Of a stretch of DNA of 64,000 bases, positions 51,154-64,000 are shown piece after piece; position 1 is the stretch's first letter; every line of letters starts with the position of its first letter. This DNA is from Epiperipatus broadwayi. Lineage: Eukaryota > Animalia > Onychophora. Position numbers and translations under genes: made by a program. Below the pieces are notes generated by a model that saw only the letters and a program-made list of their open reading frames with translations, was not told the DNA's origin and did no database searches. The DNA lies in assembly GCA_028023455.1 (NCBI GenBank), contig JAQFVV010000004.1, positions 2,976,001-3,040,000 of the forward strand, written 5' to 3'.

Positions 51154-54100
51154 GAGTGGCGTACGCAAGGGGCGGGGGGGGGGGTAAATCACCCCTCCCT
51201 CCCGAAAATTCAAAAAGAACTAAAAATTTAATTGCCGCATTTCAAAATTGTGTGCCTTTTCAATACGTATAAATTCCGATATTGTGCATCTGCGCCTTAT
51301 TGTTTCATGCATTTGATAGCGATAGCATCATATTAGTAGTGTTCATGTGTTCTTTTACATTAATGTGTTTTTTATGGTAAGTTATAGGTATTTAGAATTT
51401 TAGATTATAATAGTTATTGATTTAGATGTAAAAACCAAAAAGTACAAAACCTCAGTTTCAGTTACATTGAAAACTTTTACACACAAAAAGTATAACCTTT
51501 CATTATCACCTATTGGTTATTGTTAAAGTAAATGTGATTTTAATTGCCTCTAAGTTTTGTTTTTTTAACTGAATATTAATAGTGATATATCAAGAACTCG
51601 TTTATTTAAAAAAATTGCTTTAAGTGTTTTTCTTTCCTTCCATCCTAAAAATACACTCATAATTTTTCAAAAGAAACATTTTTGTACAAATATTTTTATT
51701 TAATTTTTTGCTGAAGTTAATTATTAGCTTTATTATTTGTTTCTGAACTGTATTTTAGAGTGCTGAATATGAAATGAATCAGTTATTTTTCAGTTTTGGA
51801 TACATACAAAAAAAAAGACAAAAAAGGCTTTAGAAACATCTCCTAATGCAAATAACGAAATTCGAAATTCCGGTTGTTTCAGTTTCTGAAAATGTAACAG
51901 TGAGCGATATGGTAGCAGATAAACCAAGACACAAAAGAAGAAGATACACTAGATACCATAAACCCATGTTTTGATATTGGAGCTTTTGAATGTAAACGCA
52001 ACACTACTGATCTGGAAAAGTAAGAGTTGTTGAAGAATTGTTGTGTACCAGATGCCAATTACAAATTCCCATAGTGCGACTGTAATCTTAAATTCCAATA
52101 TAAGTGGCTGCAAGCTAACAAAAGAGCATATTGTAAATTTTGTAATGTTTTTGCAACCTGTTTTTATGTAGATAAAGGAAAATACGTAATTCTTGGAGTA
52201 CTAGTAACAAGCCATTAAAAAAGTCAAAAAAAGCTAAAGAACTATTTCAAAATTATGTAACCACAAAGTACCATAAGCATGCTATCCAGGAAGAAGTAAA
52301 CATTTTGGCAGATTTTGAAATAGAACAGAAGGTGTTACAAAACAAATTGATAAAGAAAATCTCAGATTGAAAATCGAAAGAAGTTAAAGACTGTAATTTT
52401 TTGCTGAAAAGTGGAGCTAAAGGGTGCCTCTAAGAGGCACATAAATTTTGGATATTTTGAAAACAATAAGGAAGTCAAGGATTCTAAAAATGTAGATAAA
52501 TTTAGAGCCTTATTGAAGTTTCATGTCAAAGCAGAAGATCAGTTTTTTCAAATACATTTAGAAACAGCTAATAAAAATGTGACTTATTTAAGTCCCAGTA
52601 TGCAGAATGAAATTATAGAGACATGCAGAAACATTTTGATATCAAAACTTGTATGCTTTGTTAAAAAAAAACTCATTTTGTTTTCATTGCAGATAATACA
52701 ACAGATATATCAGGAAGTGAACGTCGATCAAGTTGAAGGCATATTTTTTATTTGTGAAGACTTCCTAAAATTTGGAACTATCTGTGATACGGAACTTTTT
52801 TTATCTCAGATGCTAATTCAATCTCCTAGAGAGATTAGTCTTGATCTCAATAATTTGTGAGGTAGATTTGACAGGACTAGTAATATGAGTGGGAAATTTA
52901 ATGGCTGTACAGCAAAAGTGAAATATTCCCACGTGATTTACAAACACTGTGCAAGCCATTGCTTGAATCTAGCTCTTTCTCACAATTGCACAGTTCCTGG
53001 CATTAGAAATTGTTTAGGAACTAACTATGCAATCAATTATAATTTTTTTTAGAAAATCACCAAAATGGGAATCTGTATTGCTAAAAAGCATTGAAAAAGT
53101 AAAATCGGAATCAAAAAGGAAATGCCAATCAAATTCTGTGAAATGAGATGGATTGAACATTTAGATGTACTTTCAATGTATGCTGAATTATGCAACATCA
53201 TTAATGATTCCCTTGCTGAAATTAAATAATTTACAAATAGTGAAGCATCAATTAAAGCTTTCACATTTAGATTGGTTATAAAAACATCTGTCGTTGTAAT
53301 TGGAATATGCATTGCTAATTATGTATTCTCACTTTCCCATGGATTAGCTGAACTCTTGCAATCCGAACAAAGTGACTTGAAAACCTGTCTGCATTTGTGT
53401 GAAAATTTAGAAACAGAAATTCAAAAATTACATTCAAAATTCACCAACATTTTTTAAAATAGTGAGAAAATTGTGTGATCATCAGGTGGCTATGAGCTTG
53501 AAATTCCTAGGAGAACTGCAAAGCAGATGCAATGATCAAATATAGAAACTGGCAGAACAAGAGTATTATAGGATATCACTTTTTCTGCTGATTTTTGATT
53601 TCTTTACATCTCAAATTCACAAAGATTCTTATGACACATAAAAATTTTGCAGAGCTTAGACATTTTTCTTTCTCAAAACATTAAACAAGCAGCAGATGAT
53701 GAAATCCTCCTATCTATAGAAGCCATCAATAAACAATGGTCAGGTGATAATATTTGCAGTAAATAAGTATTTTTTGATGAGGTGAAGATGTGGAGGTGTC
53801 ATTGTATTGATCAAAAATATCATTCAATGGACTTTATCCATTGCTTGAATATTTGCAACTCTCATTTACATGTTATGATTCACAATATGTTGAAGTTGTT
53901 TGCAACTTTACCTGTAACAACAGCCACAGCTGAATGATCATTTTTTATATTATGTAGAATTAAGACTTACTTACGGAACATGACATCAGAGCAGAGATTG
54001 AATGGCTTAGCTATAATGAACATTTGCCAACAATTGTGTGCTTCCTTAGATGCTGACAAAGTTTTAGATACTTTGATGAAGAGCACAAGAAGACTTATAC

Positions 54101-54300
54101 TTTTATAATTATTATACAAATATGTTACTTTATTTCTAATACTAAATATGTTTCAGTGGTATTCCAAATTTTAATATTTTATATGTAGAATCTCATATTA
54201 AAATTTTTTTAAGCTTACTTAACCTATCGCAATACCGCATTCAATTCAATTTTAAAAATTTAAATTAAAAATGTACTTTTCTTTTGTTTAAATAACATTG
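51154..54300 (+). mobile_element. Degenerate hAT (Tip100/Zaphod-like) transposon with pseudogenised transposase
   Basis: Left end (g)AGTGGCGTACGCAAGGGG. ORF 52411-52860 has a DUF4371-like FRALLKF...HL..A..NVTYLSPSMQNEII segment. 53895-54030 encodes the hAT dimerisation motif LPVTTATAE*SF..L.RIKTYLRN...EQRLNGLAIMNI. Many stops; the right end is unresolved. Confidence 0.88.
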
Positions 54301-54465
54301 TTTATAAAATAATTTATTTCAGAAGGTATCATATTATAAAACAATAAAATATTCTAGGCAATACTGAAATTTTTCATGGAAGTACTACTAATACTTTTGT
54401 GTTTAGCAAGAAGAATCAGAAGCCTTATACTTTTATAATTTATAGTTGCATTACTTTACTTTTAA

Positions 54466-54978
54466 CAGTGGCGTATACTGGGGGCTAGAATCCCTCCCCT
54501 GACCATTGGCAGTTTACCATATACTACTACATATTCATCCGCACACCAGTTATAGAAAATTTAATAATTTTTTTCCCAGCTTACACCTTAAGTGGTTCAT
54601 TATAAACAAACAAAATACTTTTACTACATATTTATCTTATTTGTGCTCCAAATATATATACAAAATCAATAAAACACTAACTTTTTAAAGTTACTGCTTT
54701 TCCATACATATAAAATATATTATGTTTGTGTATTTTACTCATAAAATGCCATTTTTGGATATACTTGATCTTGAAAATTAAAAAATAAAAATTGACTGTG
54801 GCACTGTACTTGGAGGGATGTTGCCCCTGGACCCCCCACGATTCTTTCTTATAACTCACTTTTTCTGTCTAACCCATCTAGATCATTTTCTTACCATGCC
54901 CCAATTGAAATTAGGGAGTATTATTTTTGCAAATAAAAATAATATCCCACCATGAAAACTTTTCTGTGTATACCCCTG
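54466..54978. mobile_element. Possible hAT MITE or terminal region
   Basis: Begins CAGTGGCGTATAC and ends GTATACCCCTG (imperfect TIR), with an internal cccctggaccccc motif. No 8-bp TSD found. Confidence 0.45.
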
Positions 54979-55994
54979 GGGTGCTATAACTATGTGATAA
55001 ATTGGGTCATCATTAATGTCACCTTATCACTACTTATGATATCCTTAATTTAAATTTATTTTAGTACCTCAAATTTGAAGCAATTCTTAAAATAATAATA
55101 AAATTGATATAGTGACAATGATATGTGCTTGTTTGCTGTGCATATATTTGAGAATGGTAGAGCAACAGATTTTAAATCAGCATAACAGGATTTGCACTTT
55201 AGCTTACAAACACAGCATAATTTATACATATAGATTTAATTATAACCCTATTATCTCTTTCGCAAATATCATTCCATTAGAAATGTTTACAAAAAAAAAA
55301 TAAAAAATAAAAACAACATAATAACAACAAACATTTTGTGTCATTAATGGAAAGACTTAAAATTTATTATTGCTTTATCAAAAGTTTAATAGCGGTTGAT
55401 TTATACCTAGGGCATATTGCGAAACTTGGTATAGTGAAGAGAATGGTGGACTCATGAATTTTATGGTAATTGGATCACTTTCTAGCTGAGAATTTTGGTC
55501 AATTAAGTAATAATATTGTTGTTCTCATCCTACTACCTTGATATTTTATTTACTTTGGACCTCCCAAGCAGGTACTCATGATTAATTCATTAGTATCTAA
55601 AGATCAAAATAGCTTTAGAGGTTCATAAAGATATTTTAGCTTAATTCAATGAAATCCATTAAAGTAATGAACTGCAGAATTTTAATTGGCTCTACATACA
55701 TAATTTTATTTAGTTTCCTGTATATTCAGTATTTTTAACATTGGTTATAATATAAAAGAAGGTATATTTATTTTATTTTACTTAATTGTCTCATATTTCT
55801 TATCTCTTTAACTGGAACAAATAGCTCATTTGCTACAATTTCATAGATAACAAATTATTTACTTTTTCAGGCAAGTCATCTTTAACATTATATAGATGCA
55901 ACAAAATATGTAAAAAAAATATTTTAAATAGTATTTTTACATAAACAATACTAGCTGACAAAAAAGTATACAAATAATAAAGTAATCTGATTAA

Positions 55995-56385
55995 AAAGTA
56001 AAAAAAAAAGAATCTAAGTTAATTTGCAATTTTTGGAAAATGATTGGAAATTGCAGGAATATTGTCATTCCATGTCTTGCGTTGTTAGCCGAGAGGTATC
56101 GCAGCCGCCATGCAAGCAAGTAGTTGGTTGCAGATGGTTGTGGGTTCGTGTCCCGGCCGATGCTATGACATATGGAAAATATATATATATATTGTCATTC
56201 CATAAAAGCATTTGAGGCTCAAATAAATAAAAATCAAAAAGGCCTCAAATGCTTTTATAAAATGACAATATTCCTGCAATTTCCAATTGTTTTATAACAA
56301 ATCTTAATTGGTAAGATATGATATTTTCCAAGAAAAGCAAATTAAACAAGGTTTAGTTTTTTTCTACTTTTTAGTTGACTAGTAC
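55995..56385. repeat. Fold-back element with a SINE in its left arm
   Basis: attggaaattgcaggaatattgtcattccataaaagcatttgaggc (56043-56218 with the SINE removed) mirrors 56242-56287. Weaker outer arms (aaaaagt..ttaatttgc) extend it. Confidence 0.8.
56074..56188 (+). mobile_element. tRNA-derived SINE (expanded-arm subfamily)
   Basis: gtcttGCGTTGTTAGCCGAGAGG...GGGTTCGTGTCCCGGCCGATGCtatgacatatg + (AT)n tail. 15-bp TSD atattgtcattccat at 56059-56073 and 56189-56203. Confidence 0.93.
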
Positions 56386-56555
56386 TATTATATATTAGTA
56401 CGTAAAAAAGTAAAAAAAAAAAAAATTGTTTACATATTATTTTGTTAAAATTAAAATAAAAAAAATCTCTGAGCAAATTTCAAAAATGTGGACATACAGA
56501 TAGAAACATACACAAACATGACAAGTTAATAAAAAAAGAATATAATATTGCAGTT

Positions 56556-57118
56556 TCATGAGTGGGCACTAAATACGGATTTTATGCATAAGCCTTCTGG
56601 CATCCATTGATTACTTTGGCTTGCACTGAGTGGCACTACTGTATGGAGTGTTTTGCCTGTTTAATAACAGTTATGAGCAAGCATAAGAAATGGTGATCAT
56701 GTGATATTCAGTGGTTTAATACCAATCCTGCCTAATAGGATAGTGGTGGCTATGGTTGTAAAAGAGCCAAAGACACCAAAATGTATGGGAACTGAACTGA
56801 GTTCAGACCCATAAGACTATATAAGCTAATGAGTTTAGATTGAAAATATTATTGTGTTTTCAATTTGATTCTCATAGTTTTGTAGTTAAGTAGAGATAAA
56901 AGGTGGCTGATGCAGGGTTGCATTAGATCCTAAGATCTAGGTGCAGTGATCTCAGATCCAATGCTTCTCACTGATGAGCCACAAGCCAGAAACTAGTCTG
57001 GAGATATTGGCTGAGTAGGCACTAGATAGGGATTTTATGCACAAGCCATCTGGCATCCATTGATTACTCAGGCTTGCACTGAGTGGCACTACTGTATGGA
57101 GAGTTTTTCCTGTATAAT
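56556..57118 (+). mobile_element. Hammerhead-bearing repeat, locus I (sense ~1.25-mer)
   Basis: tgagt(g/a)ggcacta..ta.ggattttatgca.aagcc.tctggcatccattgattact recurs at 56558 and 57011 (period 453). The core at 56971-56998 has a 2-nt deletion in stem II. No clear TSD. Confidence 0.93.
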
Positions 57119-57350
57119 AATAGTTTCTTTCTTATTGGCTCATTGAAAATTTTAAATACAAAATCAAAAAAAGGTTTTAATAATGGATCTTTTTGTTATT
57201 GATGTAAAAGTTTATGTAAAAGCATCATTTTTATATTTTTTAACATTGTCTAAACTGTTCTAAGCAATACTTAGTTTTTTTCTGCTTATTTAGAATTAAT
57301 TTTAAATTTGATTTTTCCACTGTTTAAGTTTTTAATATTTAAATATAAGT

Positions 57351-57639
57351 ATATTATATATACTTAATTAGAGGAGATTTGAAGCTACACTTTCAAGCTT
57401 TCTTAGGTCATCCACCCTATCTTATACAAATGGTACACATGACCACATACATGTGAAAAAGATAAATGATCTCCATTATACATATTTCATGCTGAACTAA
57501 CTGATGAGTGCTAGTTCAGCATGAAATCCATATATTGGAGATCATTTAGCTTTTTCACATGTATGTGGTCATGTGTATCATTTGTACAAGATGGATTGTA
57601 TGACCTAAATAAACTTGAAAGGCTGGATTAAATCCCCTG
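57351..57639. mobile_element. Fold-back insertion with a hammerhead-like core at its centre
   Basis: Arms 57370-57499 and 57512-57638 are diverged reverse complements. The centre reads CTGATGA-GTGCT-agttc-AGCAT-GAAA at 57501-57526. Candidate 11-bp TSD taaatataagt at 57340-57350 and 57640-57650. Confidence 0.65.
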
Positions 57640-58386
57640 TAAATATAAGTTTTTGATTGTTTAAGAATGACAATACTTGCAACCATTTTGTCATATTACT
57701 AAAATAATTTTTTGTTCTTACTCTATTATTTTGAAATTCAAATATTGCATGATCTTTTCAGCAAAAAAGAGCACATTAAATAAATAACACAAAAAAGTCA
57801 TTGTTTTTTGTAACTGATATAAGCTTATTCAAAAGATAAACATTTATATCCTGTTTATTTGTATATAGGGTGTTCATACATTTAAAATAATTGAGTATGT
57901 CTGGAGGTAAAACTTCAGTCACATAACTTTGTCATAACAATGGCATTCTTTTTGTCATAAAGAAAAAGAAATATATTCTCTTGTGATAGCTCATATAATC
58001 AGATGTGTATTATAACACAAAGAAATAAAGATCTTTAAGGATGCGTAGAGAGATGTTGGTGATCATTCAAAGTTTTTTGAAGTAATTGATATGCTTGAAG
58101 GCATTGCCCAATAAAAAAAATTAAATGTTCAATGGCTGTGAATCAATCTAGATAATAAATCAACAAGATTTGGCTTTTATTAGTATAATTATATATTGTT
58201 TTGATAGAATATGGATAGGAATTTAACACTACAGTAGGACATGTAATAGGGCATGTAATTGTAGATGAAGATATGTCATTCAAAATTATCCAATGCTATG
58301 TATATAAAATTGAATGATTTATTGCCCAGGACCATAAGAAATTTGAGCATCCAAAGTGAAACAATAAAATTTTAAATCTATGGATC

Positions 58387-58497
58387 TTTTTTTTTTCATA
58401 TGTCATAACATCTGCCATGAGGTGGACCCACAACAACCATCTGCAACCAACTGCTTGCTTGCAAGGAGGCTGCACTGACCTCTCTGCTATCAACGCT
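58387..58497 (-). mobile_element. tRNA-derived SINE (expanded-arm subfamily, diverged)
   Basis: Minus strand reads agcgttgatagcagagaggtcagtgcagcc...ttgtgggtccacctc..gcagatgttatgacatatg plus poly(A). Confidence 0.85.
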
Positions 58498-58801
58498 TCT
58501 TGTGCTCTAGAATTCACCCTGAACAGGGCATAGTGTAGTATGTTCAATATAGTATGCCCATTGGCAGTATTGTTACAGATAGCTGCTGATTCATCTATAT
58601 TACCATGCTGTCTCTAAATAAGATTCTACAATTATGAATGCTTATACAAACTCATTATTTTTTATTCGTCTATGGTAATGTGTCATTATTGTACCAACAG
58701 TTCTATCTTGTAGTAATACAAGTTACTACAAATACAATTTTGTGTTCATGAATTCTTTCACTGATTTCTTTACTCTCCAATCTGTAATACATATTACCAA
58801 T

Positions 58802-59141
58802 ATACGGAGAGATTCATGTTGGGAGTAACAAGAAAAGATTGAAAACACAATATATGCATAAGAGAACAAACAGGTGTTACTGACCTCATTGAAAAAATTA
58901 AAAGACTGAAGTGGACATATTGTTAGAAGAGGTGATAATAGATGGACAATTGAAATTATAAACTGGATTCCAAGAGATTGTAAAAGACCCAGAAAGAGAC
59001 CACATATGAGATGGATAGATGAAATAAGAAAGGGTGCAGGCGTGATGTGGAGAAGAGAAGCTAAAGATCAGAGAAGATGGATTGAACTTGGAGGGACCTT
59101 CATCCTGCAGTGGATTGATAATGGTTGATGATGATGACGAC
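58802..59141 (+). mobile_element. 5'-truncated RTE-clade LINE 3' end
   Basis: Translates ERFMLGVTRKD...IREQTGVTDLIEKIKRLKW / DNRWTIEIINWIPRDCKRPRKRPHMRWIDEI...WRREAKDQRRW...FILQW, the typical RTE C-terminus, followed by a (GAT)n tail. Confidence 0.9.
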
Positions 59142-60712
59142 AATCATTTGCATATCTTTGAGCTATCTAGTGATGAAAAAATCCAATCTGGCTGAAAACA
59201 AAGCTTTCTTGATAGTTATTCCAACAGCCATTTTAAAATTATCGTCATTAAACGTTTTCATATTTCTATATTTTAATATACGTTTTGCAATTTGATACAT
59301 AAATCAAATACACACACCCATATATAGACCTAAAAAATAATTTTCTAAAATACGAAAAAGAATTAATCCATAGATTACCTACTAGATTAATCTTTTCATG
59401 GCATAAGCCATTAAATCACTTTTATAATAAGTTCATTATTGAATCATACAAATTCGCAACTGGATATTAAATTTTAAATATTTCTAATCATAAACGAAAT
59501 TAATCTATGAAATACATATATCACTTTTGATTTAATTAACTAGGATTTAAATAACAAATCCTTTTTTTGTTTTAAAAGTAAACATACCCTTCACAGGTTT
59601 GAATTAGATGAGGAGAGATGAAGATATTTAAGGTAGTTTTGATTATGAAGAAAAAAGCAATATATATATATAGTTAGAGACTAACCTGCTCTTTTGCAAG
59701 TGATTTTTGATATGTTTACATATACAATAAAATAAAAGAATTGTTTAAGCAAAAGAGCAAGACAAAACTAATCAATAATCAAAATAAAAATTCAATTTTA
59801 TGGAATAATTAAATATTTAACATTAGTTCAGCTATAGATGAAATTACTTAATATTTCTGGGTTAAAAAAATAAATGTAAATATTTATCTATATATGTTTA
59901 TTCAAATATTTTCTAACCCTGAGTTAGATGTTTTCACTCATTAATGATGACAATATATATGTAGTCTTTGCATATATATAATTCTTGTAAATAATTAAAA
60001 AAATAAGTAATTACGTTATAATTACTATTCTAATTTTATTTTAATAAAAACACCCACACTATAGAAAAAAGTAAAACCAACTTGCAAACAAGTGGTTTAT
60101 TCTTCATCTGAAAATAGGATGAAAGTAGAAGGGTTATGTTTTTATAAGATAATAAGATAAGGCAAAGAGAACGAGAGACTAAAAGTACAATAAAATTATT
60201 AGACCATCATTTTATCTTAGATATCAATTAATTATTAAACATGTACAATACATGATAATTGCAAATAATAATACATCACTCATTTGTCTCCATCTTTATA
60301 AATATTAAAACGTAATTAATGGTAATTTGGAAATATAAGTAGAAATTCCGAAGAAGATTGCTGGAGCAATCGAAAACATCTAGTGGGTTGTAAAAAAGCA
60401 TTGTAAAAAGTAATAAAGAACATAGATGATATTAATATTATATGGATTTGGCAATGCAATAAGAAAGATAAAGTTACAATACTTCGTAAAGAGAATAATC
60501 ATCATCATTGAATGATTTATTTCTCAAATTCACCAAAAGTTTGAACCCAGATGTCATAGACCGTAGAGCTATGATAAATGGACTTTGAGACTATTTATCA
60601 TGTGATGGGTAAAAATAATAGAATGGTTTATGGCTTTAGAGTTTATAAGGAGTATGCATTTTCGTTTTTTTTTATTTAATCAAAACAGATTGATCTGAAA
60701 GATATATAACCA

Positions 60713-60752
60713 TCTCTCTCTCTCGCTCGCTCGCTCGCTCGCTCTCTCTCTC
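60713..60752. repeat. (CT)n(CGCT)n microsatellite
   Basis: Directly visible. Confidence 0.9.
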
Positions 60753-63700
60753 TTACACCTACATTACAAATCTTATAATAATACAGCACTAAAAAAAAAC
60801 AAATGTTAAAATAAATGGTTCTGAACAGAGCCAATTCATGTCAAATATCGATTGATTACAGTACCTCTTTCCTAGACCCATCAACCTCTTTTCAAGAAAG
60901 GAGAAAAAGTACTTAATATAAACAATAATTAATTAGATATTAAATCACATTTGAAACAACTAATTTTTTTGTTGCTTTAAAAGTGTTTAACATTTAATCA
61001 ATATTTTTAAAGTTAATTTAAACTATTTATTATCTAAAATTAGATTTTCTTTTTTCATTGTGATATTAATTATGCAAGTAATAAAATGATAAATCTCTCA
61101 ATATGTTTGAAGATCAGCAAAGGAATTGCTTAATATTATAGTTTAACAGAAGATGAACTAATCTTACATCATTCTTTGGGGAGTTTGAATTATTAAGTGC
61201 CATTAATTTGTAAAATCTCATCACTGTCTTCTTATCACTAGTTGTGTTAAGACTTCCTCGACAAGGAAATCGGTTACTTGGGACACATTGCTCCAGATCT
61301 ATATTCGTCTAAGCACAAGAGACCTATCCATATAATAGTGAGAATTTACAGCAGGGGAACCATAATTCAAAAAGAAACTATTTTTTCTCTTTTTTAATGT
61401 AAATATAATTTATATGAAAATATTTATATACATTTATAAAGAAAGTAAATATAAATATTTCTAAAAATTTGAAAGAAAAAAAACACAAAATCTAAATCAA
61501 TTTAAATTTTATTTTATTATTACTAATGTAAATCTTTACACAATTGCATTCTGGGAATTCTTTTGGCTAACTAAAAAGCAAATCATTCAAAACATTTAAC
61601 ATGGAAGCTGTTTGCTTCTCTGATCAGAAAGACTGAACCATATATCTATTCCTGACATTCTATTTGCTCTTTGGCAGAGTCATTCATTTTCTCTTCAGTT
61701 CCGCTAAAAATTAATTTCACATTAGGCCATCATACTGACCACAGTTCAAAAGGTCAAAATCATCCGCGTGTATCCTAGATGTTTATGGACACACAACTTG
61801 ATGAGAAAACCTCAAAATCCAATTTATACATTAAATTGTTTCAAGTCATAAATAATCATACTAAATATAATTAGAAATAACAACGATACATTCAGTTGAA
61901 TATTTCAGTCTTATAATTTTTAATATGTAACCAAATGGGTATGTGTGTGTATACATATATGCATTTGCGATGTGTGAAATTAATTCAAAGATAGTCTTAG
62001 AAAAAACCTGAGTAAAACCAAAACAATATTTAATATGCATGCTGCCAGTCCAGGTTACTGATAAGATTCACAGTTAATAAATAAAGAAATGATGACATAT
62101 GGGTTTGTTTAATTAATCAATGGTGCAAAATTTCCTCGTTGTGATTTTTTATTGTCCCTTTATAATTATTACCTGTATTATCATCACTCACTTAATTAGA
62201 AAAGTATTGAACCTGACCATCATGAGTCCTTTTATGCTGCAGTTTGTGCATTTTCTCTGCCATCTTTCTCTATATCTACAAGATTGTTCAATCGTGTTTG
62301 TATCCCTTGATTTCAACAATATTTCAGATTAATTTTTTCATATTTTTTTTGTTTCTTACAGGTTTGTATGTATAAGTATATAAAGTATTTAAAAAAAGCT
62401 CTTAGCATTGAAAAATGTACCAGAGATTAGTTATAATCTTGCATGACATAATAAAATCAATCATGACATTTTGGTATTATATTTAGGACAATAGTTAACA
62501 AAATTATTTGAGTGATTGTCAATTCAAATTAGAGACTTCCCTATTCTACAAATATAAAAGATCCTAAAAAGATGATTTAAATATGTCTATTGTCAGAAAT
62601 TATGAACAAGCCAATATATTTGGTGAACAGCTAACTTAAGTTATAAAATAGTTATAATTCTAGCAAAAATAATAGCAGAATAAACTAGAGATAGTAATGA
62701 TAACTGGATTTTTTAAAAAAAATATGTCATAAGTTCCATTTTAAAAATTTAAAAAATAAAAATATGTATTAAATATACAATGCTTTGTACTTTATATACA
62801 TTTCTTTATTAAGCAGATTTTAGTTGAAGGCTAAAATGAAGCTTTTTGATTTAATTACTTGCTTCTGGTATCAAATTGACATTATATTTTTTAAATTAAT
62901 TTCATTTACTGAAATTTTGTTTTTAACAAATCCAGAAAAAATGGGGAGGGGGAATTATTCATTAAAATAAATATAATTGAAAAAAAAAAGAAAATAAAAA
63001 AGATTTCACTGTGCTGAATATAAATATTTTTTAAAGAGTTAAAATAATATATTTTATTTAAAAAAACATTTTGTTTTAAATCTTTACTTTTTAACAACAT
63101 TTTATTTAAAATATATATATACAATGAAAGTATTATTAGAAATATAAAAAAAAATCTAAATAAAGAAAAAGAGAGAAAATAATACTGTTATTAATTTAAA
63201 GCATTTCCTGTCTGACGTCACAAATAATTTTAGAAATGCTACTATCATAATAAAAGCAATATATACTTTTTGAAAAAGCTACGTGAAAGCATCATATTAT
63301 CATTAAAAAATAAATATTCAGTAGTGTAATATAAAAAATATCGGTTGTTTTCTCATCCTTGGTGTTCGCCTCAAGATGTCGCTATTTCTAGGTAAATTCC
63401 TAAAAATATACCATTTCACCGGCCTTCACCCAACAAAAGAGGAAATTTTCTACGTTATAAACGCAGAAAAGCCCTCATGTTATGTTGGACGGAGACGGTG
63501 GCGGTGATAGAAGCCAACACAAATGAGACTTCTTTCTATGATAAAACACAGAAAGAGTTCCCGACGGCTGCTGGTTATGGCTTTTTTTTTCTATGCTAAA
63601 AGCAAAGAGAAAGTAATGCCTTGATCAGCTGCTGTAGTAGTCGATTTTGTTCATCATTTTCTCATAATAGTAGAATATCTATTTTCTCTGTACTTTCGTG

Positions 63701-64000
63701 TGAGAGTGTGTATATTTGAAGCAGTCATAGTTTTTTAAAATTTGATAAGACGTCTATTTTTTTAATATGTTATAACTTACTTTACTGTTGTAAGTTTAGT
63801 AATAATGTCCTGAAGATTCCATTACGAATGGGTAACCCTCAAAATTGCTTTTAAGGGTGCGACATGGAAAAAAAATTAAGAATCACACAAAAAGTACCGT
63901 TTTCACGAGAATTCGTCCGTGACCAGTTACTTTTGCTATACTGTATATATATACACACAAACAAAAACAACCCAGTGTCTAATTATTAGGAATTACTTGT

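Noticed and set aside
51057-51185. G-runs as a G-quadruplex regulatory element
   Set aside because: These are homopolymer tracts at and near the hAT terminus, a common feature of such ends; there is no independent support.

Overview
Very AT-rich, CpG-depleted eukaryotic DNA, probably from an arthropod and most likely a chelicerate (inference from the LINE relic type). The only host coding sequence I can identify is one 82-nt minus-strand exon of a COE/EBF (collier/knot) transcription factor at 26402-26483, so the window is almost entirely intron. The dominant system is a non-coding repeat family at nine loci (roughly 4 kb in total). It carries a minimal type-I hammerhead ribozyme (CUGAUGA-stem II-GAAAC-UAG-UC) within a ~455-nt monomer. 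Copies occur as partial tandems and head-to-head fold-backs flanked by 12-17 bp TSDs, with two stereotyped end points, which fits a retrozyme or non-autonomous Penelope-like element. Two unrelated fold-back insertions share this architecture (one with a ~333-nt monomer, one with a hammerhead-like core at its centre), and a decayed GIY-YIG-like segment is also present. Other content: ten copies of a short tRNA-Gly-derived SINE (one nested in another), hAT, piggyBac, mariner and Tc2-type DNA transposon relics, RTE and other LINE relics, micro/minisatellites and old local duplications. Apart from three fragments of the hAT relic, the six-frame ORFs appear to be repeat-derived or chance ORFs.
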